Below, one piece after another: positions 1 through 8,333 of a stretch of 27,999 nucleotides of DNA. The notes beneath the pieces were generated by a model. That model had not been told where the DNA came from. It did no database searches and saw only the letters and a program-made list of their open reading frames with translations. Position numbers and translations under genes: made by a program. Within the stretch, counting starts at the first letter, position 1. Each line of letters opens with the position of its first letter. Source of the DNA: an uncultured Bacteroidales bacterium (GTDB lineage: Bacteria; Bacteroidota; Bacteroidia; Bacteroidales; JBBRXJ01); assembly GCA_964433245.1 (NCBI GenBank), contig CAYSRH010000001.1, positions 1 through 27,999 on the forward strand, written 5' to 3'.

Positions 1-1
1 C

Positions 2-784
2 ATACTGCTTACATACAACCTGGCCAAAAATCTCGAAGCAGACATAGGAGATACGCTCGTTCTACTTAGCCAGGGCTATCACGGCGCCAGCGCCGAAGGG
101 CTTTTCCCCCTGAGAGGCATTCTTAAATTCCCCTCTCCACAGCTAAATAACATGGGCGGTTACACCTCTCTTGAAAAAGCACGTGATTTCTTCTGGGCTC
201 ATGGTCAAGCCACCTCAATTGTAATTATGTTACAAAATTATGATGATATGCAAGAGGTGAAAAACCAGCTACAATCGGAGTTTGGTGAGCAATATGGTGT
301 TCTTACCTGGGTTGATATGCAGCCTGAACTAAAACAGATGATTGAAGGCGACCGGGCAGGAGGTCTTGTGATGAAAGCCATCCTCTACCTGTTGATCGGT
401 TTTGGCATCCTGGGGACCGTAATTATGATGCTGGCCGAACGAAGAAAAGAGTTTGGCGTAATGGTGGCTATTGGGATGAAAAAAATAAAACTGGTCTCTA
501 TCGTGATTTACGAAACAATATTGATAGGTATCTTAGGTGTAGCTGCCGGGTTTATTGTCAGCATCCCTGTTATTTCAATATTTGTACATAACCCCATACA
601 GTTGCCATCGGAAGTAGCAGAAGCCTATGCCGACTTTGGCATGGAGCCGGTGATCTATTTCTCTTCGGCGCCGGATATCTATATCAACCAGGCATTAACC
701 GTTTTTCTGATCACATTGATCATCGCTTTATATCCTATCATTAATATCGTTAAACTACAAGTGGTGAAAGCGCTAAAAGCATAA
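2..784 (+). CDS. FtsX/LolE-like ABC transporter permease, 5'-truncated by the window edge
   Basis: The frame is open from base 2 (ILLTYNLAKNLEADIGDTLVLLSQGYHGASAEGLF...) into the ORF-track Met at 152, so the true start lies upstream. The C-terminus has the FtsX signature (ERRKEFGVMVAIGM ... YETILIG) and several TM helices ending ALYP. Confidence 0.88.
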   Translation: MLLTYNLAKNLEADIGDTLVLLSQGYHGASAEGLFPLRGILKFPSPQLNNMGGYTSLEKARDFFWAHGQATSIVIMLQNYDDMQEVKNQLQSEFGEQYGVLTWVDMQPELKQMIEGDRAGGLVMKAILYLLIGFGILGTVIMMLAERRKEFGVMVAIGMKKIKLVSIVIYETILIGILGVAAGFIVSIPVISIFVHNPIQLPSEVAEAYADFGMEPVIYFSSAPDIYINQALTVFLITLIIALYPIINIVKLQVVKALKA

Positions 785-811
785 TCAATCAATAACATAA
801 AATTTAGAATT

Positions 812-2032
812 ATGATATTATTAATTTCATGGAAAAACATATGGCGAAGCAAAGTAAGAAGCACTGTCATCCTTGTTGCTATATCGCTGGGTATTACTGC
901 GGGCATTTTTAATATGGGGTTTTATTATGGTATGGGCAACCAACGTGTCGAAAATGCTATAAAAACCGAAGCGTCACATATCCAGATACATGACACCAGC
1001 TACATGACCAATCCCGACATCAAACTCTATTTTCGTGATGCTGATAAGATGAAGAGCGAGATCGAGTCTTTGCCTAAAGTAAAATCTGTATCAAACCGAC
1101 TCGTGGCAAACTCCATGGCCACTACAGCCGAGACAGGGGCAGGTGTTCAGATCATTGGCATAGACCCGGAAGCCGAAAAACAGGTGACAGACTTGTATGC
1201 CAAACTAATCTCCGGCAGTTATTTTGAAGGCACCAAAAGCAAGCCTATCCTTATCGGGGAGAAACTGGCAAAAAAACTCGATGCCGATGTAAAAAACAAG
1301 ATTATTCTGCACCTCCAATCCGTTGACGGGACAATGGTACGTGCCCGCTTTAAAGTAGTTGGCATATACAAAACATCCAACTCGCAATATGACGAGACCA
1401 ATGTTTTTATCAGAAAAACAGATCTTTCCAATCTGATCCATATAGACAAAACAGCTGCACACGAGACAGCCATATTCCTGCATAACAATGAAGATATAGA
1501 TGCTGTAACAAAAAATCTCTCTGAGAAATACCCGAACCTGTCCGTGCTAAGCTGGAAAAAAATCATGCCGGAAGTAGGGCTGGTAGAAGGCAGCATGGAC
1601 ATATCCATGTATATTATCATGGTGATTATCCTGTTGGCGCTTTGTTTTGGTATCATCAACACCATGCTGATGGCGGTGCTGGAACGGGTAAAAGAGATAG
1701 GGATGCTAAAAGCCATCGGGATGAATAAATTAAAAGTTTTTACAATGATTATGTACGAAACAGTTATGATCTCTTTAACAGGAGGGGTTGTCGGGTTAGG
1801 ACTCGGCTATCTTACAATTGTCTTAACCCAAAAAACAGGAATAGACCTCTCGATGTACAGCGAAGGGTGGGAAGCCCTGGGTTACGACCCTGTCATCTAC
1901 CCCACCATAGAACCGTCAAAGCTGTTGGTTGTGACCTTAATGGTGATCGCCACAGGAATGATCGCTTCCATCTATCCGGCTATTAAAGCAATAAAACTTA
2001 ATCCGGCGGAAGCCATAAAAGTAGATATGTAA
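812..2032 (+). CDS. FtsX/LolC-like ABC transporter permease (MacB-type periplasmic domain)
   Basis: N-terminal WKNIWRSKVRS followed by a TM helix and a large periplasmic domain; C-terminal ERVKEIGMLKAIGM and SIYPAIKAIKLNPAEAI motifs. Confidence 0.9.
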   Translation: MILLISWKNIWRSKVRSTVILVAISLGITAGIFNMGFYYGMGNQRVENAIKTEASHIQIHDTSYMTNPDIKLYFRDADKMKSEIESLPKVKSVSNRLVANSMATTAETGAGVQIIGIDPEAEKQVTDLYAKLISGSYFEGTKSKPILIGEKLAKKLDADVKNKIILHLQSVDGTMVRARFKVVGIYKTSNSQYDETNVFIRKTDLSNLIHIDKTAAHETAIFLHNNEDIDAVTKNLSEKYPNLSVLSWKKIMPEVGLVEGSMDISMYIIMVIILLALCFGIINTMLMAVLERVKEIGMLKAIGMNKLKVFTMIMYETVMISLTGGVVGLGLGYLTIVLTQKTGIDLSMYSEGWEALGYDPVIYPTIEPSKLLVVTLMVIATGMIASIYPAIKAIKLNPAEAIKVDM

Positions 2033-2073
2033 CATAAAAAATGATTGAATAATAAATATAAAAATATAAGACC

Positions 2074-2751
2074 ATGAGTATCATAGAAATCAGCAACCTG
2101 AAAAAAACATACCAGGAGACAGATGTCCCGGTACACGCCGTAAATGGCATTACCATGAACATCGAAGAAGGCGAATTTACAGCAGTGGTAGGTCCCTCGG
2201 GATCGGGAAAAACCACTTTCCTCAATATGGTAGGAGGTCTCGACACCCCAACAGAAGGTAAGATAACCATTAACGGCACAGAGATCACCCGTTTTAAGCC
2301 ATCTCAGCTGATTGACTTCAGGCTGCAAAACATAGGATTTATTTTCCAGGCCTACAACCTGATACCCGTATTAACAGCCAAAGAGAATGTTGAGTTTATT
2401 ATGAACCTGCAAAAATGGCCTAAAAAGAAGAGGGAAAGTCGCACCATGGAGATGCTGGAAGCCGTAGGGCTTGGTGATCGTGGGGGGAGCAGACCGAACA
2501 AATTGTCCGGGGGACAACAACAGCGTGTGGCCGTGGCAAGGGCGCTGGCCTCAAAACCTAAATTCGTGCTGGCTGACGAACCAACAGCAAACCTCGATTC
2601 AAAATCGACCGAAAACTTGCTGACGATCATGGAAAAACTAAACAAAGAAGAGAATATCACTTTCATTTTTTCCACACACGATCAAAGGGTTGTTAAGAAA
2701 GCAAGACGCGTTGTGACTATTGAAGATGGCAAAGTGAAAAGTGATGATTAA
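2074..2751 (+). CDS. ABC transporter ATP-binding protein (LolD/MacB-like)
   Basis: Walker A GPSGSGKTT, signature LSGGQQQRVA, Walker B VLADEPT, H-loop STHD. Confidence 0.95.
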   Translation: MSIIEISNLKKTYQETDVPVHAVNGITMNIEEGEFTAVVGPSGSGKTTFLNMVGGLDTPTEGKITINGTEITRFKPSQLIDFRLQNIGFIFQAYNLIPVLTAKENVEFIMNLQKWPKKKRESRTMEMLEAVGLGDRGGSRPNKLSGGQQQRVAVARALASKPKFVLADEPTANLDSKSTENLLTIMEKLNKEENITFIFSTHDQRVVKKARRVVTIEDGKVKSDD

Positions 2752-3913
2752 AGTTTCTCAAATATTGATCTTGTTTTTTATCCCGTTCATGATGAAAGCG
2801 CAGGATAAATTTGAACTTAATGGCTACCTGTCAGACATGCAGACTATTATTTTCCGGGATTTCGAGAAAGAGTGGACGATTGACAACCTCATCCATAACC
2901 GCATGAATTTCTTTTGGTATCCCATGGATAACCTTACAGGTACCGTTCAGTTCCGTAATCGTTTTATGTATGGAGATAATTTTCGCATGAATCCCGGTTA
3001 TGCTTCTTCTTTTAACAAAGATAACGGTTATATCGATGCCACTGAAAACATTATTGATGGCAGCATGTATGCATTAAATACAAGTGTTGACCGTTTTTGG
3101 TTTCAATATACGCTTGGCAGTTTTGAAGTAAAGGCAGGAAGACAACGAATAAACTGGGGGCACACTTTTGTATGGAACCCGAATGATATATTCAATGCCT
3201 ATTCTTTCTTTGATATAGATTATCCCGAAAGACCGGGAAGCGATGCTTTACGCCTGACATATTACACAGGTATGACTTCGTCTATTGAAGCAGCAATGAA
3301 AATGAATCACAAGGAAGAAATTACTGCTGCCGCCTTATGGCGTTTCAACCAATGGAACTACGATTTCCAGTTGATGGCAGGTATTGTTAATGAGCAAGAT
3401 TATGTTGCCGGAGGCGGATGGAGCGGATACATCAAAGGGCTCAGCATCAGGGGTGAAGGAAGCTATTTCAGACCGATGGAGAACTTTGAAGACACAACAG
3501 GAACGGTATCAGTAAGCATATCAGCAGACTATACTTTCTCTAACTCACTGTATCTGCAGGCCGAAGCCTTGTATGATGAACAACCGGGTAAAGGCGGTAT
3601 CAGTAGTTTTAACGATTTTTACGGATTATCATTATCAGCAAAAAACCTGTCATTCACCGAGTTTAATTATTTTGCGCAAGCCTCTTATCCCATCAATCCT
3701 TTGCTGAACGGAGGCTTAGCAGTTATTTATTACCCTGAATTTAAAGGATATTACATTGGTCCGAACATCAGTTATTCATTGCGGGATGACATGGACTTGT
3801 CTTTTTATTTGCAGTCATTCAGTGGGGAATTTAAACAACAGGTTATGAATACCACTATCAAAAAAAGGATTGATTTTAATCTGGCATTTATAAGGTTTAA
3901 ATGGAGCTTTTAA
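2744..3913 (+). CDS. Probable outer-membrane beta-barrel protein of the ABC operon
   Basis: The ORF track starts at a GTG at 2741; an ATG at 2744 overlaps the ATPase stop. Signal peptide ending MKA-Q, alternating aromatic strands, a GRQRINWG motif and C-terminal FKWSF (BAM-type terminal Phe). Confidence 0.7.
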   Translation: MIKVSQILILFFIPFMMKAQDKFELNGYLSDMQTIIFRDFEKEWTIDNLIHNRMNFFWYPMDNLTGTVQFRNRFMYGDNFRMNPGYASSFNKDNGYIDATENIIDGSMYALNTSVDRFWFQYTLGSFEVKAGRQRINWGHTFVWNPNDIFNAYSFFDIDYPERPGSDALRLTYYTGMTSSIEAAMKMNHKEEITAAALWRFNQWNYDFQLMAGIVNEQDYVAGGGWSGYIKGLSIRGEGSYFRPMENFEDTTGTVSVSISADYTFSNSLYLQAEALYDEQPGKGGISSFNDFYGLSLSAKNLSFTEFNYFAQASYPINPLLNGGLAVIYYPEFKGYYIGPNISYSLRDDMDLSFYLQSFSGEFKQQVMNTTIKKRIDFNLAFIRFKWSF

Positions 3914-3927
3914 GGGTTATCTGGGTT

Positions 3928-3948
3928 TTTGATAGGGTTCTTATCAAA
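3928..3948. terminator. Weak hairpin between convergent genes, possible bidirectional terminator
   Basis: TTTGATA (3928-3934) and TATCAAA (3942-3948) are inverted arms in the 64-nt convergent gap. Confidence 0.3.
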
Positions 3949-3977
3949 TTAAACTTTTTAGAGAATGCCTATTTTTA

Positions 3978-4556
3978 TCATTCAACATCCTCCTTGTCAA
4001 TAATTCCATTCAGGACTGCATAAATGGTAAGGGCAGGGACAGACTTGATATTGAGTTTGGCACAGATGTTTTTTCGGTGCGAAATAACTGTGTGCATGCT
4101 GATGTTAAGTTCGTCGGCGATCTCTTTATTGAGTCTGCCTGTGCAAACCAGTTTCAATACTTCCTCTTCTCTTAGAGACAAAACCTTATCGTGCTGACGT
4201 TTATTCTCCGGCTCTTTTCCCCAGTATTGCTTGAGAAAATTTCCAATTTCATGGTAATTGGCAGAAACAGGGATTACCAGATGGGTGTCATGCTCATATA
4301 TTTGGGGTTTGGTAGGCACCTCGGCGACCAAAACAACTGTTTTATCGGTTTGGGATCGCAACATATCAGCATGTTGAAGCCAGGTGGAAGCATCGACAAA
4401 AAGCAAACCCACAGCCTCGCCATCCTCTTCGAAATCAGCAACGGTTTCATACGCTACCACTGTTTGCACGTTGAGATACTCTTTGCAAAGTGCTTTCAGC
4501 GCAAAAACAAACAGGCTGTTGCGGGAAATAATGGCGACATTGCTATTTCTTTCCAT
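3978..4556 (-). CDS. LuxR C-terminal HTH regulator with a degenerate receiver-like N-terminus
   Basis: C-terminal LSLREEEVLKLVCTGRLNKEIADELNISMHTVISHRKNI is a LuxR HTH. The N-terminal beta1 reads VAIISRNSLF and lacks the usual acidic pair. Confidence 0.88.
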   Translation of the reverse strand: MERNSNVAIISRNSLFVFALKALCKEYLNVQTVVAYETVADFEEDGEAVGLLFVDASTWLQHADMLRSQTDKTVVLVAEVPTKPQIYEHDTHLVIPVSANYHEIGNFLKQYWGKEPENKRQHDKVLSLREEEVLKLVCTGRLNKEIADELNISMHTVISHRKNICAKLNIKSVPALTIYAVLNGIIDKEDVE

Positions 4557-5283
4557 ACTTGCGTTTTATTTGTTTTTCCAGATCACGCACCAAAGGCACC
4601 ATAATCTTTTCTTCAACCTGTGTATGATTTCTTAAATCCTTATCAAAACGAGATAACTCAAATATCAGCGTATGCATTTCCCTTTCTGAAAAGTCGCAAC
4701 TCAGATAGCGAATTATCAGGCTCTTTAAGTCCGAAATTTTGGTTTCCACATCATCATGTTCGTCCCGGAAGCGATCCATGCTGTAGTTGCTGTATTGCTT
4801 TGCATGTTGCTGAAACCCGGCTTCAGATAAGTCTGCTTTTTCCAGACTAAGAATATAGGGAAAAGTAGTATCTTCTTCTTGTTGCAGATGAGTAAATAAC
4901 TCTGTTTTATAGTCATTAAAAAAAACACGAATCATATCATGGCTTTTACATTGGTCCTTACAATGCGCAAAAATGCTTTGCAGCATCGCTTCAATACCAA
5001 TTACATAAACCTCACGAAAATAATTATGCGCCTGTTGCAAAAATGCAATGATGTCATCTAAGCGAAAACGCTTACGGGTTAGGTCCGGCATGTATTGCTC
5101 GTTGAGGTAGGTGTTTAACATGGCCAGAAAGAAATCATGGTCAATGTCATACCCACGACAAATTTCCTCTATTGTTTTATCCCCAAAATTAAAACGCACA
5201 CCAAAGCGGTTAATAAAGGGCAGGATAAAGCTATCCCTGTCGATGACTTCCGCTATCTTATCTTTGGACTGTATGAGGTTCAT
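4543..5283 (-). CDS. Hemerythrin-domain protein (RIC/ScdA-like)
   Basis: N-terminal ScdA_N-like segment (RFGVRFNFGDKTIEEICRGYDIDHDFFLAMLN) and di-iron motifs AHNY, HLQQEE, EHDD and HTQVEE. Confidence 0.85.
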   Translation of the reverse strand: MNLIQSKDKIAEVIDRDSFILPFINRFGVRFNFGDKTIEEICRGYDIDHDFFLAMLNTYLNEQYMPDLTRKRFRLDDIIAFLQQAHNYFREVYVIGIEAMLQSIFAHCKDQCKSHDMIRVFFNDYKTELFTHLQQEEDTTFPYILSLEKADLSEAGFQQHAKQYSNYSMDRFRDEHDDVETKISDLKSLIIRYLSCDFSEREMHTLIFELSRFDKDLRNHTQVEEKIMVPLVRDLEKQIKRKYGKK

Positions 5284-5325
5284 CTACTGTGCTTTTATGA
5301 ATTGAAACGAACTAAAACGATTGGG

Positions 5326-5333
5326 CAAAAATA
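5326..5333 (-). promoter_or_regulatory. Bacteroidota primary-sigma -7 element for the hemerythrin-LuxR pair
   Basis: The minus strand reads TATTTTTG (consensus TAnnTTTG) about 43 nt upstream of the ATG at 5283. No clear -33 TTTG was seen. Confidence 0.55.
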
Positions 5334-5367
5334 CGGATCTTTTGTGTTAAACGATGAAGAATCGGAT

Positions 5368-6051
5368 TTATCTGGCATAGGCACAATCTTTCTGATTACA
5401 TAAGTGGCAGGTATAGTTGTTATACTTAACATTCCGTCCGACGCCAATCATCCCGCTTACCGACTTAATAGGAGTCATCAAAGCTGAATCGTTCAAGGTG
5501 ATTCCTGATCTGTTATTCGGAAAATAGCGAAATAATTTATGCTGCTCATCTACTGGCCACTTACAATATCCGGGGCTGTATTTATTGGTGGTTTTCAGAC
5601 CTTGTTTTGCTGCCTCTTCTGCGATGACGTTGTGTGCATAGGTTGCCACTTGTTCGGCCAATACAGAACCTATCGTATCAGCCACATAAGCAATGGCAGG
5701 ATCATTCTGTAAGTGACATTGTTTGATGTATGCCTCTGCTTTACTGCCGGTGGTACTGATAAAGAAGACAACTTTTTCAGACTTCTTCAACAAACTGAAA
5801 ATGACCTTGTTAACAGAGAATGAGGCCGTAGGAGTAATAATTTGATGTGTTTCTTTCTCCCACCTGACTTCATTTTCTTCAATCCACTCGACATGAAATT
5901 CAGTTAGCGAGAATAACTTCTTCGCTACAGTCTCAATATAAGACGAAAAAGGTTCTGTTACAGATTCAAGGTTCTCAAAACCCATAATCTGAGCTATCTC
6001 ATGCAAAGGAATGTTATGAGCATGACCTTTTATATACTTTGGTTTTTCCAT
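5368..6051 (-). CDS. Stand-alone B12-dependent methionine synthase activation (reactivation) domain protein
   Basis: KYSPGYCKW...EQHKLF and GITLNDSALMTPIKSVSGMIG match the SAM-binding SPGY and LT...MxPxKSVS motifs; C-terminal CHLCNQKDC. Confidence 0.85.
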   Translation of the reverse strand: MEKPKYIKGHAHNIPLHEIAQIMGFENLESVTEPFSSYIETVAKKLFSLTEFHVEWIEENEVRWEKETHQIITPTASFSVNKVIFSLLKKSEKVVFFISTTGSKAEAYIKQCHLQNDPAIAYVADTIGSVLAEQVATYAHNVIAEEAAKQGLKTTNKYSPGYCKWPVDEQHKLFRYFPNNRSGITLNDSALMTPIKSVSGMIGVGRNVKYNNYTCHLCNQKDCAYAR

Positions 6052-6950
6052 TGTTTATTTAGTAAAAAAATATCAGCAAGCATCTGCTGATGTCCTGCTT
6101 CACTAATGGCAACGAGCTCTGTTCCACCTGTATAAGCACTTAAAGGAACGTTCGTTTCCTGATCAAAACTTTTTTGTACCATAAGCGCACTGTCCCTGCC
6201 AATCTTGACTACTCCTTTCACCCTCAAACAAGACGAAGGAATTTGACTAAAAAACACATCTGCATTAAAAGAGGGGTATATATAAGGAGTTTGGTACACA
6301 GCAGTACAAATGAGAGGTCTTTTTTCAGGAACTCCCTCTATTTTGTGTTGACTTAATCTTTTTTCCCAGAGTGATTCCATTTCATGAGCTGGTATTTTAC
6401 ACCAGTCTGTAACACACTGTCTGGCCAAAGGATTAAGTTGAGACAATAAAGTTTGTAAAGGTTCCACAGGATTAATCCCTTCTGCCTTATTGATAATGAT
6501 CAGGTCAGCCACCTGGATCTGATGCTTTACACGCATGTTAACACGTGCCAGATTCTGTATATGGTTGGCATCAACAAGAGTCCATACTTGTTGTAAATAA
6601 GCCTTTTGGCTGAGTGGTTTTTGTGCGAAAGATTCTGTTACAGCGATGGGGTCAGCCAGCCCGGAAGCTTCAATAATCAATAAATCCGGCTTATGTTTGT
6701 CGATAAAATCAGCCGATTGCGTAATAAAGGAAGCCAATTTGCAAACACAAAAAAGCGAGCCGTTATTTACTTCCAGCACTGTAAGTTCATCAAATTCTCG
6801 ACTTAGCTCAGCACTGTCAACATTGACGGGTGCAAAATCATTTTGTACAATGGCAATTTTTTTATTGTTTCCATAGCTGCGCAATATCTCTTTTAAAAGT
6901 GTTGTTTTACCACTTCCTAAAAACCCTGTAACCAACAAAATAGGAACCAT
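6030..6950 (-). CDS. COG0523/CobW-like G3E P-loop GTPase (putative metallochaperone)
   Basis: LVTGFLGSGKTT (Walker A), metal motif NGSLFCVC, IEASGLADP (Walker B ExxG), QIQVADLIIINKAE, and CobW_C-like LRVKGVV. Confidence 0.88.
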   Translation of the reverse strand: MVPILLVTGFLGSGKTTLLKEILRSYGNNKKIAIVQNDFAPVNVDSAELSREFDELTVLEVNNGSLFCVCKLASFITQSADFIDKHKPDLLIIEASGLADPIAVTESFAQKPLSQKAYLQQVWTLVDANHIQNLARVNMRVKHQIQVADLIIINKAEGINPVEPLQTLLSQLNPLARQCVTDWCKIPAHEMESLWEKRLSQHKIEGVPEKRPLICTAVYQTPYIYPSFNADVFFSQIPSSCLRVKGVVKIGRDSALMVQKSFDQETNVPLSAYTGGTELVAISEAGHQQMLADIFLLNKQWKNQSI

Positions 6951-8314
6951 TATTTGGTCTTGTTTTTGATGTAATTGTTAATTGTTTCTTGCAGCTTATT
7001 CATTGTGGGAATCTGTGAGATAAACTCAACATTTCCATCAATGCAGATTGTGGGAATATTTTTCACCCCGAGAGAAGCCATCATTTGCACACCATCACGA
7101 GACTTGATGCTGTGCTCCTGCCAGCTTACATGCTCCTCGTTTCCTTTTATCGCATTTTTCACAGCTTCTACCATATACTGACAAGGTGCGCAAGAAGAAG
7201 AATCCAGCGTAATAATATCCACCACCACTTTTTTGTCTTTCCACCTCTGCGACAAATCAAGCATTTCCACCTTTTGTTGTTCTGTTATTTTCTTCGCTCT
7301 AACCACATCTTGCAAGTACGGGTCTTTGACCAATTCTGATACCGCTTTCAGGTTTTTAACCGGCGTATCCATAGGCAGATCACATCCAGGAGCAAGTACA
7401 AAGCCTTTAGCTCCTGCCAGGTCCATGCATTCCAGAGCATCTCTTCGGGAGTCATCCTCGTCACCCATTAACAAAACAACTGTCAGTTTCATGTTACCGC
7501 CAAAGCTGACATTGCTTTTTATTGCGATATCCCTGACATAGTCGAGAGGGATATTCTCATCAATAGATATATTGTCAGGTTTACAGGCGCACATGGCTTC
7601 AATGTTATGCTGTGCATGTCCGCAAACAAAAAAAGAACTTAATGCTTTGGCTTTTCTGATGTGCGAAAACAAGGCGACAGCATGGGGCGACACATAGGTT
7701 TCGAATGAAAAGGGATCAATCTGGCTGGTCATTGGATCCACCACGGCAATGATATCGCAACCCGCTTCAATGTACCAGTCAGCCATAGACATCGCCACAT
7801 GATTACAAAAATCAAGCACGGCATTTGTTTTCTCGGGATCCTCCATCATCTTGATGAATATGTCTGTGCCCATAAGATGGAGAGCCAGGGTAAAAGGACC
7901 CGTAATCAATCCATATATTGCCAGGTCAGGGTAAGCTTCACGGATTCTTCTTGTTGCCTCCATGACAAGTCCGATACGACCTGTTTTACTATCGGGCAAG
8001 TTTAGGCTGCTCAATTCTCTGCCTTCCATCAAAGGATGAGATATTACTGCAGGCGGATTGTCATCAGCCCAGGCCAATGCACATCCCAGGGCTTCGGCCT
8101 CAATCTGCAAATCAAATGTAACCGGGATTCCATCAGGTTTATAAAGATTTACTGCTTCTGTCACCGCATCAACTATATAATCCGAAGATTGTAAATATTC
8201 GGTTGCTGTTTTGTTTATCAGCTTAGCTCCATGGACACCAATAAAAGGCACCCAAGGGGTTCTATCCACATCCTCTAACTTAAATGCTTTGTGTATTCTC
8301 TGTTTTCCAGTCAT
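6950..8314 (-). CDS. MtaA/CmuA-like (URO-D superfamily) corrinoid methyltransferase fused to a C-terminal thioredoxin-like CxxC domain
   Basis: MTGKQRI...DRTPWVPF, DLQIEAEALGC, ITGPFTLA, VVDPMTS, FVCG, GGN and LAPGCDLP are MtaA/CmuA-type motifs. The last ~90 aa contain CAPC and NIPTICIDG (thioredoxin fold). Confidence 0.85.
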   Translation of the reverse strand: MTGKQRIHKAFKLEDVDRTPWVPFIGVHGAKLINKTATEYLQSSDYIVDAVTEAVNLYKPDGIPVTFDLQIEAEALGCALAWADDNPPAVISHPLMEGRELSSLNLPDSKTGRIGLVMEATRRIREAYPDLAIYGLITGPFTLALHLMGTDIFIKMMEDPEKTNAVLDFCNHVAMSMADWYIEAGCDIIAVVDPMTSQIDPFSFETYVSPHAVALFSHIRKAKALSSFFVCGHAQHNIEAMCACKPDNISIDENIPLDYVRDIAIKSNVSFGGNMKLTVVLLMGDEDDSRRDALECMDLAGAKGFVLAPGCDLPMDTPVKNLKAVSELVKDPYLQDVVRAKKITEQQKVEMLDLSQRWKDKKVVVDIITLDSSSCAPCQYMVEAVKNAIKGNEEHVSWQEHSIKSRDGVQMMASLGVKNIPTICIDGNVEFISQIPTMNKLQETINNYIKNKTK

Positions 8315-8333
8315 GATTTTCTTTTAGTTTTAC

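Noticed and set aside
152-154. ORF-track start of the first permease
   Set aside because: The frame is open and permease-like back to base 2, so the gene begins outside the window.
1205-2675. Antisense ORFs of 92-165 aa over the ABC genes
   Set aside because: They lie wholly opposite well-supported genes and have no recognisable motifs (shadow ORFs).
4191-5403. Plus-strand ORFs (137, 83, 76, 67, 64 and 88 aa) over the LuxR/hemerythrin genes
   Set aside because: Shadow ORFs with no motifs or independent promoter evidence.
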